64,000 nucleotides of DNA from NCBI GenBank assembly GCA_963789265.1, contig CAWBKB010000005.1, forward strand, positions 384,001 through 448,000, read 5' to 3'. This stretch comes from an uncultured delta proteobacterium (lineage in GTDB: Bacteria > Desulfobacterota > Desulfomonilia > Desulfomonilales > Desulfomonilaceae). Under the pieces are notes generated by a model, which saw only the letters and a list, made by a program, of their open reading frames with translations, did not search any database and was not told the origin of the DNA. This document shows positions 22,657-33,791 of the stretch, piece after piece. Each line of letters begins with the position of its first letter. Position 1 is the stretch's first letter. Made by a program: the position numbers and the translations under genes.

Positions 22657-24318
22657 ATGAACATTGTGCAAGGATTCCCAGCTACGTCTCAAGACGGTTA
22701 CCAACTCAATGTCACCAACATCATCAGGCAGGCAGCCCGAAGCTTCGGCGGTCAGGAAATCATAAGCCGAAAGCATGATGGGACTCTCTTCCGCTACACG
22801 TACAAGGATGCCTGGGACCGTGTGGGCCGCCTAGCCAACGCTCTAACCAGACTCGGGGTTGGCATCGGCGATCGAGTGGGAGTATTGGCCTGGAACACCC
22901 ATGAGAACTATGAAATTTATTTCGGCGTTCCCGGACTGGGTGCGGTTATGCTCCTCCTCAACCTCCGACTGACCCATCAAGACTTGGCCTACGTGGTCAA
23001 CCACTCCGGAGCCTCCCTGATCGTCGTCGATGAACTCCTGGTACCCATCGCTACGGCCATCGCCCCTCTGTGCCCTCAGGTCAAAGGATATGTAGTCATA
23101 ACATCCAAGAAGATCGATGAGTTCAATGACCAGCTTCTAAATGCATGCTCCTACGAGGAAATCCTGGCTCAGGCTTCACCGATCTATGATTGGCCCAACC
23201 TTGATGAGAAATCGGCGTACGCTGCGTGCTATACCACCGGTACCACCGGCAAACCCAAAGGAGTTTACTATTCTCATCGAAATGTTTATTTGCATAGCTG
23301 TGCCATAGCTTTGAACTCTGAGATGAGCATGCGGGATTGCCACCTCCAAATTGTGCCTATGTTCCACGCCTTGGGCTGGGGCACGATCCAGGCAGCTACA
23401 ATGGTCGGCGCCAGACAGGTTTTTTCCGGCATGTACACCCTGGACAAGCTCGGCACCCTGGCCGAGCTGTTCGTCAAAGAGAAAGTGACCGTGAGTGCGG
23501 GAGCGCCGGCCATATTCATGCCCTTCCTCGAATACATTCGGACCCTTGACGCGAAACCTGACCTGAGTGGAGTGAGGCTCGTGTCCGGGGCGACGGAACC
23601 GCCCGTGGCAACTATGAAGGGGTTTGCCGAACTGACGGGGGCGGAGATCATCCATGCGTACGGCGCTACTGAAACCACCCCCCTGGTCACGATCAACCGG
23701 CTTAAACCTTGGAATGAGGGTAACCTCACTGAAGAAAAAAAGTGGGATCAGAAGAGAAAGCAGGGCTATTGCGTGGTAGGTTTGGACCTGAAGATAGTCG
23801 ACCCAACGGGTAAGGAAGTCCCACCAGACGGTCAGAGTTCTGGTGAAGTCCTCGTTCGGGGGCCGTGGATCGCTGGTTGTTATCATAGTGCACCGGGCCC
23901 GGAAGTCCAGTTCACGGAGGACGGCTATTGGCGCAGTGGGGACGTGGGCACTATTGACGCGGAAGGGTATGTGAAGATCATAGATCGGATCAAAGATGTT
24001 ATCAAAAGCGGAGGTGAGTGGATTTCTTCGGTAGACATGGAGAACGAAATCATCTCGCATCCTGCGGTACTGGACGCGGCAGTGGTGGGCGTGGCTCACC
24101 CCAAATGGGAGGAGCGCCCGCTGGCTCTCGTGGTCCTGCGAAAGGAGCTGGAGGCAAAGATGGACGCGGAGGAGATTCGTAATCACCTCAGCAAGAAATT
24201 CGCCAAGTGGCAGCTTCCGGATAAGGTCCTGTTCGTTGATTCCATTCCCAAGACCAGCGTGGGCAAGACCAACAAGAAGGCGATCCGGGCAGAGCACAAA
24301 GACATCTATACTGCGTAG
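22657..24318 (+). CDS. medium/long-chain fatty-acid-CoA ligase (AlkK/DmdB-like)
   Basis: YTTGTTGKPKG, AYGATET, DRIKDVIKSGGEWISS. Confidence 0.95.
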   Translation: MNIVQGFPATSQDGYQLNVTNIIRQAARSFGGQEIISRKHDGTLFRYTYKDAWDRVGRLANALTRLGVGIGDRVGVLAWNTHENYEIYFGVPGLGAVMLLLNLRLTHQDLAYVVNHSGASLIVVDELLVPIATAIAPLCPQVKGYVVITSKKIDEFNDQLLNACSYEEILAQASPIYDWPNLDEKSAYAACYTTGTTGKPKGVYYSHRNVYLHSCAIALNSEMSMRDCHLQIVPMFHALGWGTIQAATMVGARQVFSGMYTLDKLGTLAELFVKEKVTVSAGAPAIFMPFLEYIRTLDAKPDLSGVRLVSGATEPPVATMKGFAELTGAEIIHAYGATETTPLVTINRLKPWNEGNLTEEKKWDQKRKQGYCVVGLDLKIVDPTGKEVPPDGQSSGEVLVRGPWIAGCYHSAPGPEVQFTEDGYWRSGDVGTIDAEGYVKIIDRIKDVIKSGGEWISSVDMENEIISHPAVLDAAVVGVAHPKWEERPLALVVLRKELEAKMDAEEIRNHLSKKFAKWQLPDKVLFVDSIPKTSVGKTNKKAIRAEHKDIYTA

Positions 24319-24843
24319 TCTTCCCGAAGATACGGAGCGACGTTGGGCGACTGACCAGCCCCCCACATAGCAGGGTAACCGACAGCGAAGTTCCCAGGGC
24401 ATTGCCACACCTGGTTTCTTGCAGCGGTGATGTCACCTGCCGTTGATCGATGAGGATTGTGATGTTCCGTCTGCGTGCGAAAGTTCCAGTTAAGAGGGGT
24501 GTGGCTGACATCTCGGCCGGTCCGGGTGATGAGGAAAGTGACGAAAAGCTCAACAGTGCTTTTGTCCCACGATGGGTCGAGACAGAGCGGACATGAGGGT
24601 TACTTCCTCATCCACCCTCTGACGAGGCAGGATTCATCCATGTAGGTTGTCCCCGGAGTGTCGATCGATGAAAGTGGGACGGGGCAATCCCCTCCGGGAG
24701 CGCGATTGCGGTCGAGAACGAGTCAGAGACGATTTAATGGGTGTCTGTCGCCCTCTTGGCTGAAATTCGCTCGCCAAGAAATCGTCCGTAATCGTTGCTG
24801 ATGAAGCCGGCTTTCGGGAGTGAAGAATTCCTGGGGAGGTGTG

Positions 24844-26120
24844 ATTGATCGAAGTGGGGTTGTCTTTAGTGTGTGGAACCACTGGCGGTGTCTGCACCAA
24901 TTGCAGACGGACTTCTCTGTCGATAGCACCACCCTTCAGGAACGGATCAGCAGGAAAGTTTCAGATTGACTGGCTAGAGCGCTGTGAATTACGCTCAAGA
25001 TCCGAAACCGACTTACTTTTGTATTCATGTCACGACGGCTTTGCCTACACCGGACCTTGCGTGAGACCGGATACCTATGGATCCGGGGCATCACATCTAG
25101 TGACCGGTCTTTGGGGCAAGGACCCCATAAGGAACGAGATCTCGGTATGATTTCCGACAACGAGAACACTCACAAGAGAGGAAGCGACCAAGAAACAATG
25201 GATAATCAAGAGCGGACAGCAATGATCAGGACGACATTCGACACGGTTGCCGAGGGATATGATAGCCGGACGCTGCGGTTTTTCCAGGAAAGCGCGAGAC
25301 ACCTGACCACGTGCCTTGATCTGACAGGTCGTGAACAGGTGTTGGACGTTGCAACAGGGACTGGGATAGTAGCAATACAGTTAGCCCAGCATTTGCCCGA
25401 CGGCCAAGTCACGGGCATCGACCTTTCGGGCGGGATGCTTGCCCAAGCCAAGAAGAAGTCTGAAGCACGGAAACTTCATAACGTCAGTTTCAACGAAATG
25501 GATATGCAGTCAATAGGTTTTCCCAACAACCATTTTGATGCGGCTGTCTGCGGTTTCGGCATCTTTTTTGTGGAAGACATGGAGTCCCAACTCAAGCACA
25601 TTTCGGAAAAGACAAAACCAGGCGGCCAGGTTGTCATTTCGTGCTTCTATGAAAATTCCTTCTCCCCTCTCGTCGATATGTTTCTCAGCCGCATCCGGAA
25701 GTACGGGGTTGCAACGCCACCATTGCCTTGGAAAAGAATCGCTACAGAAGATAAATGCGCGGCATTGTATCAGGATGCCGGTTTGGTAGACGTTCGCGTT
25801 ATCAGAAAAGACCTAGGATACTATTTGAGCAATGTCCAGGAATGGTGGGACGTGATCTGGTGGGCCGGCTTTCGCCATTTCGTGAGCCAGCTCTCCCCCT
25901 CACTTCTGGAGGCATTCCGGGCCGAGCACTTGAGAGAAGCGGAACCACTGGCTACAAGAGACGGAATCTGGCTGAACGTGAACGTCCTCTACGCAACTGG
26001 CACGAAACCGCAGCATGGGGCTTCGTGCCATTGATCGGAGCAGGAAGCCTCCGTTTGGAGGTGTAGGGGCATCGGCGCTGTCTACAACAGTTGCAGACGG
26101 ACTTCGCCTGCGATACCACC
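24844..26120 (+). repeat. ~90-bp imperfect direct repeats (24844-24930 and 26030-26120) flanking a methyltransferase gene
   Basis: GGCGGTGTCTGCACCAATTGCAGACGGACTTC vs GGCGCTGTCTACAACAGTTGCAGACGGACTTC; both start ATTGATCG. Confidence 0.7.
25198..26034 (+). CDS. UbiE-like SAM-dependent methyltransferase
   Basis: VLDVATGTG, GIDLSGGML, FDAAVCGFG. Confidence 0.9.
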   Translation: MDNQERTAMIRTTFDTVAEGYDSRTLRFFQESARHLTTCLDLTGREQVLDVATGTGIVAIQLAQHLPDGQVTGIDLSGGMLAQAKKKSEARKLHNVSFNEMDMQSIGFPNNHFDAAVCGFGIFFVEDMESQLKHISEKTKPGGQVVISCFYENSFSPLVDMFLSRIRKYGVATPPLPWKRIATEDKCAALYQDAGLVDVRVIRKDLGYYLSNVQEWWDVIWWAGFRHFVSQLSPSLLEAFRAEHLREAEPLATRDGIWLNVNVLYATGTKPQHGASCH

Positions 26121-26789
26121 GTCCATTCTTCAGCTTAGAATTAGCATCGAAGATTTTCATTGACGAAGGACTTGAGGTGAGTCACGTTCAAGACTACTGA
26201 AGACTAGGTTTTTTTTGCCAACTTGACTCCTTTTTTGCCTCTCTCGGACCTTGTGGAGGGCCGAACGAAGAAAGCGAAGAAAGGGGTCGGGTATTGAAAT
26301 TTGATATCCACGCGAACCGCTTATGCCTTTTATTGAGGCCGTCCGCTTTCACCTGGGGAAAAGTGGATATGCTGCCTTTTCGAGTCCGTTCTTGGCCGTC
26401 CGCGAGGCCGAAACGCGAATCCCCGATGAAAGGCCTCTCGGCGCATATTGCCGCGGTTCAACACATGGTAGCAGACCTCAGCGACAGAAACCCGTGCCGC
26501 TCTCGGCATGAACTCGTGTTACTACAATAGCTTGCCGGAACTACAGAAAAGAGGAATGTCCCCTTTTTTCTAGGAATGTCGCACTGCTTGCCGCCTTTTC
26601 GCGATTAGCATCCTTCCTATTGCGACGGCACAAAAACCGAAAAATGCGATGGAAGCTATTCCTATGAGCCAATTTTTGGGATCTGCAGCAAGGATGAAGA
26701 TTCCTGCCACGACAAACAAGGCCGAGCAAACTTCAAGTGCCCAGAGTCCAAATTTACTGTGCTGAAGAGCTTGACCAACGAGGGCCTCA

Positions 26790-27143
26790 TTAACCGTGAG
26801 TCTCTCGTCTGTTCGGTCCAGGTGACGACATTGAGTCGTAAACCCAAAGTGCGTAAGGTACTAGAAGAAAGGGCAAAATAATAAAATCTCCAAGAGGGCC
26901 CATAAAAAGAATCGAGCCGAAGATGAGCAACAGAGACACTATTAGGTAAATCTTTACGCTTTTGCGTAATCTCTCAAAATCCTTCTCCGAAGAAATAGTA
27001 TATCCTCGGCCGAGGGCGCCCAAAGGGAAGAATAACTTGCGACCATCGTCGGTTGTCTTAAAGGAACTACTGGCGAGAGCATCGAAATACCCTGCCGAGC
27101 CGATCTCGACCGAACAGAGAAGAATCAAATCCGCCTGTCGCAA
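26790..27143 (-). pseudogene. membrane protein, probably degraded
   Basis: Two hydrophobic segments; implausible start and C-terminus. Confidence 0.35.
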
Positions 27144-27197
27144 ACGCTAAGGACGGGACTCGACGCCGTAACCATCTTATTTTACTGACTCGCCACC

Positions 27198-27473
27198 GTG
27201 GCGACCGCTGACATGAAAAGCGCATTCTTGTCGATCCTGCCCGTCCGATCGCCTACGGGAATGCTTAAATGGGGTCAAATAAAGATAATCACTTTCACTC
27301 TGTTTCAGTGGGGCTTCATCCGGAACACGAGAACCAAATTTTGGCGCATGCTCTTCAAAGCGTTCATGCAACTTGATAAGAGGCGATTGTTTTTGTTTAT
27401 TCGTTCATGCATAGCTTTGGAACATTACGTTGACCTAGAGCAGGAAATCATAACAATGCTGGGACCTGTATAA
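27198..27473 (+). pseudogene. DUF4070-like C-terminal fragment of a B12-binding radical SAM protein
   Basis: WGFIRNTRTKFWRML...LEHY pattern; no upstream catalytic part. Confidence 0.45.
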
Positions 27474-27585
27474 CGCGCTTGGCAGGCCATCGTTTACCAC
27501 TCCTCGGAATGATAGCATGACAGCCTAGTACAAACGCTTGCAGGGTGGCGTACAATGTTCGGACTCGCAATGTGGCGGCGCCGCA

Positions 27586-29007
27586 CTACTGAAAACCCGC
27601 GGCATGAAAGACTGTTTTCACAAAGACCTCAGCGAAACCGTAGCATTCCTCGTTAGTCAACAGGTCTGCGGTGGAAGAGATTATTAGGTGCAGCTGTCTT
27701 CGATAAATGAATACGATCAGATTTATGTAGGCAGTGCCCGCCGGCTTGTAAGCCGTGCCGTGAAAGTCAATAATGTCCGAATCGCCGATTCTTTCTAAAC
27801 TGGAACCCGCACCCATTTTTTCATCCTTGAAGTCCGGCCAGACAACTCCCAGGTAGCCCACTGCGACGGAATACCTTTGGAAGTCCATGAAGAGCCGGGC
27901 AGCCTTGCGCCGAATCCCGATGGGAAACAAAGAAAAGAACTTGGCTCCCCTAGCTATGGATTTGCGAAGGCTCAAATCAACCTGTCTGCCAAGCTGTTTG
28001 TTCCGCTCTCGGGCCACTGAACCAACAAATTCATGATAATCGTTTCTCTGGTCAGGATCGGAGTTGAAAAAGATGGCGGAGCTGTAGTTCTGTTCCTCTG
28101 AGCCTCCAAATCTTTCCCTCATGTTGACCGTAACAACACTAGAGATGTATCCCGGCGCCATTTGTCGCTCCGCGTTCCATGCATCCAGGGCCACGTTTGC
28201 GCATGCCACCAGGTGATCGACCACGTGAAGCCCATCCTTCGAGAAGTTTTTGAGAATTCGGCCGGTTTCATCGACGGAAATTACTTTCTCCACATGCCAT
28301 TCTCTGAGGTCGTTCCTGTGGCCGTTTCCGTGGGGCTTTTGCGGCTTCCTTTTGCGGTCTGCCAGGTCTCTTTTTAGCTGGGAAAAGATGCCTTTCCACC
28401 CGGATTTCTTGGGAGTGGAAGCCCGCTTCTTCGCGGTAGATAGCACGTAAGGACTGCTAGTCCACGAAGGCGCTTTTCCGGTGATCCTCGCATGGTACTG
28501 CCCAAATACTTCGGTAATGACTCGCATCGCCATTGCCGCATCACCGGCCACATGGTGGGCAACAAACGCCAGGACGCGACGCTCTTCGCCAATACCGAGG
28601 ATATGAATTTCCAGAGGGGGGAGGCCCCAAAGATCCCATTGTCGGTCGAATCGGGTGGTCAGGTGAGACACGACAGCTTCGAAGGTGGTTCCCGCCCTGC
28701 CTGAAATAGCTAATGGCGCCGAGAAGATGGGGATCTTCATGTCAGGCTTGTATTCCCTGGTCAAGTAAAATGTCCAGCCCTCGTGGATCTCCCGCAGGAC
28801 GCTTTTGTAATTGGGGTAAATCGAGACGGCTTCATTCACGGAAGATTTGAAGACATCTTCGTCAAACCTGCCTTTCGTTTCTATGGCCACTAAAAGGATG
28901 TTCTTCGTATTGCCGCAGCTGGTCAGAGCCATGATATCTGAAATAATATCAACAGGTGCTTTGTTCAGCATGATGATTCGCAACCTTGCAGGAATATGTG
29001 AATGCAA
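27586..29007 (-). CDS. condensation-domain / CoA-dependent acyltransferase
   Basis: HHVAGDA (HHxxxD) motif and VTVNMRER. Confidence 0.75.
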   Translation of the reverse strand: MHSHIPARLRIIMLNKAPVDIISDIMALTSCGNTKNILLVAIETKGRFDEDVFKSSVNEAVSIYPNYKSVLREIHEGWTFYLTREYKPDMKIPIFSAPLAISGRAGTTFEAVVSHLTTRFDRQWDLWGLPPLEIHILGIGEERRVLAFVAHHVAGDAAMAMRVITEVFGQYHARITGKAPSWTSSPYVLSTAKKRASTPKKSGWKGIFSQLKRDLADRKRKPQKPHGNGHRNDLREWHVEKVISVDETGRILKNFSKDGLHVVDHLVACANVALDAWNAERQMAPGYISSVVTVNMRERFGGSEEQNYSSAIFFNSDPDQRNDYHEFVGSVARERNKQLGRQVDLSLRKSIARGAKFFSLFPIGIRRKAARLFMDFQRYSVAVGYLGVVWPDFKDEKMGAGSSLERIGDSDIIDFHGTAYKPAGTAYINLIVFIYRRQLHLIISSTADLLTNEECYGFAEVFVKTVFHAAGFQ

Positions 29008-29302
29008 TCACTTTTTACCCGGACGCGGAGTCAAGTCAATGGCAAAGATTCCGGGATCCGGATAACTGTCCGCTGATGGTTGATACTTCAACCTTTTGGG
29101 GACAATGCGCATCAGTTTTATCCAGGTATTTTACGCTTCTTGGAACCAAATTACCACTCATGACTGGCCAATATCGTCACCTATTTAATGAATGTACAGG
29201 GAATTTGTGTCAGTTGCCCCTGTGGGGAAATTATGGGCAAATGGACAATTAACTTATGGATCATGCCCTCAGCTCCGCAAATGTTACTGTGAAGGTTGAA
29301 AG

Positions 29303-30593
29303 TCACTTGTAACGTGATCCATGCCATCGGATGCCAGTGTGAAACACGAGGGCCGCGAGGGCGCTCAAAGACACGAATGCACCCATGAGAAAACCCAGGG
29401 GTGCGGCAAGACCATATATCCAGTAGCCCTTCTCCCGTCTTATAAAGGCAATCTGAAGGATCGACACGATCCCTACTGTAACCGCCGTGAGCAAGAAGAG
29501 TACCTGTGATTGTTAGCGTCGCTTGGGTGAGGCAAAATGCGCTGGAAATACCGAACAATACGTAAGTCATTAAGAGTGCAAGATTATTTGCGGTCATACG
29601 GAGCATTGTCGAGACGCTACGTTCATGCCCGCCGTAATAGACCCGCTTCCAGAAGCTAAATAATTGTAATAGATTGTTGAAAGGTTCCAGTTGCACGAGG
29701 TTACTTCCTCGCAAAACCGTCAGCTTCATCCCCTGGCCTTTCACCGTCTTGGCCAAGGCTATGTCTTCGGTAATCTCATTCCTCAACCGATGCCAAGTTC
29801 CAATTATTTCATAGGCTTTCCTTGTGATCATGAGAAAAGACCCTGATGCCATGGCAGCCGGTTTGACCGGGTTATTAACGTCTTTGAGAGGATGATAATG
29901 CAAAAGTCCTAAGGCCAGGATCGGGAATATTGCATCAGCAATAAATCCCCTTTTGGTGAAACCGGGCAAAAGGCTCAGGAGGTCAAGACTTCTGCTTGAC
30001 ATATAGCTCAGAGCAGTACACAGGGCGTTAGGATTCAAGAAAGAATCTGCATCGGTGAAAACCAAAATCTCTCCTGAGGCAATATTTGCCCCGAGAAACA
30101 TAGCGTGGGTCTTACCTGTCCATCCAACGGGGAGTTCGTCGACCGACATCATCTTAATTCTTGCATCCGCCCTGGCAAGTTCCTCCATTAATTGCAGGGT
30201 ATTGTCCCGGCTACGGTCATTGACAAGAATGAGTTCGAAGCGGCAGTTCTTGGAGGCCAGAATCCGACTTGCCGATTCTTTGATGCAGTGACATTCGTCT
30301 TTGGCAGGGATTACCACACTTATGAGTGGTTTTAGATCATTGCCATCCTGAGATGTACATGAGGCAGGAATCAGTTCCATTTCGAGGAACATGGGAAAGG
30401 TGAGACTCTTCCGGATCAATTTGATCAAAACCATGAGAGTGAAGCAAACTGCGACTGTTGCAGCCCACTCAATTTCCATTCGGTTAACCCCCGACAATGA
30501 ACCATCCCAAACGGGACCAGCCGTGATTAATGCCAGGACAGTCCGTTCCAAGTTTGGCCTGTCAAGGAGATTTTGGTCTCTTCCTATTTCCAT
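29303..30593 (-). CDS. membrane GT2 glycosyltransferase (HpnB/CrtQ-like); +1 frameshift near 29500
   Basis: VIPAKDE, VNDRSRD, GWTGKTHA, FTDAD, TEDIALA; C-terminus IRWHGSRYK in the next frame. Confidence 0.85.
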
Positions 30594-30985
30594 GCCACCT
30601 GGTCTCGTAGTGCCCGATATCTTTCTTCATGGGTCGCGGACTCAAGACTATCACGACTTGGGACCTTACCCTCAGCAATCCAGCGGGCAGAGGCAATCTG
30701 CAACAACCCTGAAGCTTCGTGTAATCAATTCTGATGGTTTTCCACATCTTACCCAAGGGAGAGCTACGGCATTTTTCCAACATTTCTATCGCACCTCAGC
30801 CTGTGAGCCCTAAAAGCCCTCCTTCTCCATATCTGAGAGGGTAAATCCTTGGAGGATTGACCTGATCAAAAGACTTGGAGGTGTGCACACGAATACAGCA
30901 GAGCATCACTCGGGCTGCGGTCGAGATCCTCGACAGAGATTCGATCGAATTAAGCGCACCGCCCGGAATACGTCGAATATCTGTG

Positions 30986-31471
30986 CTACTCATCGTCTGG
31001 AAATGAAAACCGTATCTTGAGCTTCGTTTGATCTGCGGCCGTTATTTTACTCACCCGTGCATCGAGGACAGACCTATTTTCAAGGACCTTCCCCAGAAAT
31101 CCGCTCGCATCTATTTTGGATTGTTCTCCTTCGACGAGGAGATCGAGTGTAATTATAGAGAGCGGGGAGGTCGGCGCCGGGGTAAGTTCGGCAGGCTCGG
31201 GGACGGGTTTAGCAGCCTTTGCCGTTGTTGCTGTTTTTCTCGGTCTTAGAGGTTCGGGGACTGCTGTTGGTTTTGGAGAGCGGGCCTTGCTCGAATAGAC
31301 TCCTTTCTGCAGCCGCGCAATAAGACCTGCTTTAAAAAGCTTGCCCAAAGCTGCATTCGTTCCTTTGTTGTTCGAGCCTATGGCACGAGCAATTGCCGAT
31401 ACGGAGAACGTGTCGCCGGGTTTATTGTCCAGTTCCTTCAGGATTTTCTCTCTTATGTCCATCATTTTCAT
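30986..31471 (-). CDS. wHTH-domain hypothetical protein
   Basis: SVSAIARAIG...ALGKLFKAGLI...KGVY, then a Pro/Ala linker. Confidence 0.6.
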   Translation of the reverse strand: MKMMDIREKILKELDNKPGDTFSVSAIARAIGSNNKGTNAALGKLFKAGLIARLQKGVYSSKARSPKPTAVPEPLRPRKTATTAKAAKPVPEPAELTPAPTSPLSIITLDLLVEGEQSKIDASGFLGKVLENRSVLDARVSKITAADQTKLKIRFSFPDDE

Positions 31472-31854
31472 TTCTCTTGCCTCGCCATTACCTCGTCACT
31501 AGTTTCTTGAAACGAGCGATACAATAAGGTGCTGCCACCCATAAATCAAGCATTATTGGCACATAGGGCCGTTGTGTGTGCCAGGAGAACGGTGAACCTC
31601 CTCACGGTAATAATCCGGTGTTCTACATTTCACGGTAAGTGGGTCTCTATTGAGGGGAATGGCCGGATCAAAAGAAATGCCTCATAAGCTTGAGCTTTGC
31701 CATGAAGCGCTCATATCATCAACCAGGCCGAGGAATAGAATTGATCGTCCTTTCCGCTTTCTTCTTCTGTTCTTTCCCCTTCTTAAAATTGAGGGGTTAG
31801 TGGGGCAATCATGAAGGGAATAGAAGACGCATGTGCGGAAAGGAGGAGCCGACA

Positions 31855-31953
31855 ATGAAGCGAGCAGTGGTCAACTTCTTGTTCGCGTTGCTGGTGGCTG
31901 CGGCAGAGATATTTATAGAAACAACGAAGAAATCAAAAAAGGCGCGTAAGTGA
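31855..31953 (+). CDS. 32-aa hydrophobic/basic small protein
   Basis: AGGAGGAG RBS; MKRAVVNFLFALLVAAAEIFIETTKKSKKARK. Confidence 0.5.
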   Translation: MKRAVVNFLFALLVAAAEIFIETTKKSKKARK

Positions 31954-32021
31954 ACACCCGAGCGGCCCCGCAAGGGGTCGTGGGGTGAACCCTGCCGCCG
32001 CAATGAAGAGGAGTAAGACAA

Positions 32022-32123
32022 ATGGGAATTTTCATGGACTGCATCGTGGTCACGCTGGAGGCGATGCGGTGGCTCTACGTTATCCTGGAGCTGCTAATTC
32101 GGTGCATGCTTGGCGTAGGGTGA
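32022..32123 (+). CDS. 33-aa hydrophobic small protein
   Basis: GAGGAG RBS; MGIFMDCIVVTLEAMRWLYVILELLIRCMLGVG. Confidence 0.45.
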   Translation: MGIFMDCIVVTLEAMRWLYVILELLIRCMLGVG

Positions 32124-32487
32124 TAGGCGTGCCCAAGCGGGGGCGCTCTATATCTTAGGCACAAACAGAATACATCGAGAAAGGAGCACCTAAATGGCGC
32201 TTCCATAAGCCAACATGTCCTCGCCATCCTTACTCGAACACGGCTTGGCAGTACTTATAAGTGGAGGAAAGAGTATGGCCGTATCAAGGTATCGCCCACC
32301 CACTCCTGAGGCCATATTTACAACCTGGATCGCCGGCACTACACCCGGAAATCCTTTCCCTCTACCAGGAGATCAAGGCACTATACCTCTACCTTAACAA
32401 GTGGCACATAATCTGGTGGCTGTTCAGGACAACAGGAAGAAGCTGGACAAGACATTCATGCGCATAGTCCCTGGCCTTAACCGCAGA

Positions 32488-33264
32488 TTAAGGGAATGGG
32501 ATTTCTTCAGAATCATATCGTTCTTTAATCTTCTCGTTCAATTGGACCTTGGCTTTCAAATAATCCTCAGATTTTACCCACATTCTGATTTCAATCTTTA
32601 TCCCCTTGTCCCCAAGCTCCTTTATAGTGATGGTTGGCGGCGGGTCCTTCAGGATCAGATCCTCTCCCTCAACGATTTTTTGCAGAGCATCTCTGATGGC
32701 CTTGAGATCAGCCTTATAGGTCACTCCGATTACTATTCTCAGTCGGCGGGTATCCCGACGGGAGTAGTTGATGACCTTGTCCGCTGTCAGCTTCGAATTG
32801 GGTATGATTACGGTAACGTTTTCTGGTGTGAGAACCTCGGTGGACATCAATTCGATCTTCTCGACTGTGCCCGCGGAGCCCCCACCGTCAATGTAATCTC
32901 CCACCCTGAATGGTCGGAAAATGATGATAAGCAGACCTGATGCAACGTTTGACATTTGTTGTCTCAGAGCAAACCCAATGGCAAGACCGGCAGCTCCAAG
33001 CATCGCCACTAGGGAGGTAGTTTCAACTCCCAATCTGTGGAGCGCTGCAATGAGAATCACACCATACAGGAGAACCTGAAGGCTGCTGTCCGAAAAATAG
33101 ATAACCGTAGGGTCAAGTTTTCGAGTTGTGAGTGCCCGCATTAGAGTCTTCCTGATCAATTTTGCTAGCCAGAAGCCTACGAGGATGATGATTAGGGCTC
33201 CAACTAAACGCCAAGCGTAGTTGCCCAATGTTTTTAGCACTTGTGCCACAATGGCTTCCCACAT
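32488..33264 (-). CDS. mscS: small-conductance mechanosensitive channel
   Basis: LGAAGLAIGFAL...RPFRVGDYI...IPNS. Confidence 0.9.
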   Translation of the reverse strand: MWEAIVAQVLKTLGNYAWRLVGALIIILVGFWLAKLIRKTLMRALTTRKLDPTVIYFSDSSLQVLLYGVILIAALHRLGVETTSLVAMLGAAGLAIGFALRQQMSNVASGLLIIIFRPFRVGDYIDGGGSAGTVEKIELMSTEVLTPENVTVIIPNSKLTADKVINYSRRDTRRLRIVIGVTYKADLKAIRDALQKIVEGEDLILKDPPPTITIKELGDKGIKIEIRMWVKSEDYLKAKVQLNEKIKERYDSEEIPFP

Positions 33265-33414
33265 AACTCACTCCGCTGACCAGCATTACGCCTTCCACAT
33301 GGGGCTCGAAACCCCTGGGATCGGGAGACCTGGAGCTTACCTGGTCCCACCCCCTCAGTCAATCGCAATCTCACGTGAGATGGTCATGACTGCAGGCACC
33401 GAATTTTGACAATT

Positions 33415-33758
33415 TCGCGCAATCAGAACGCGGTAGACGCGCGGACGGAATTTTTGAATACGTCAGCATACCCCGAATCAGATGATCGCGGAGAATCGTT
33501 CTCCGGTGCCTTATGAGCGATATCTTGTTTTGCTCGTTATCGAGGCTGTTCAGCAAAAATTAGTTTGACCGTGGCCTGAGCAGTAGGCTATGTTTAGACG
33601 TCAATATAAGATCCTTTTTCAGCAAAGTGACGGCGGTTTTACCTCTGTCGGGACTAGTGGGAGGAAATACGGCAACCTCTTCAGGCTTCCGGGTACCATC
33701 CCTCGCTCCGTTATCGTCCCGAAGACCTCAAAATGGCAAGATAGCCGCATAATTTCGG
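33415..33758 (+). repeat. homologue of 17625-17997, ending in element copy D (33614-33758)
   Basis: Blocks shared with copy A; ends GGCAAGATAGCCGCATAATTTCGG. Confidence 0.9.
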
Positions 33759-33791
33759 CTGACATCACACCTAAGAAACGGGAGACCCGAC

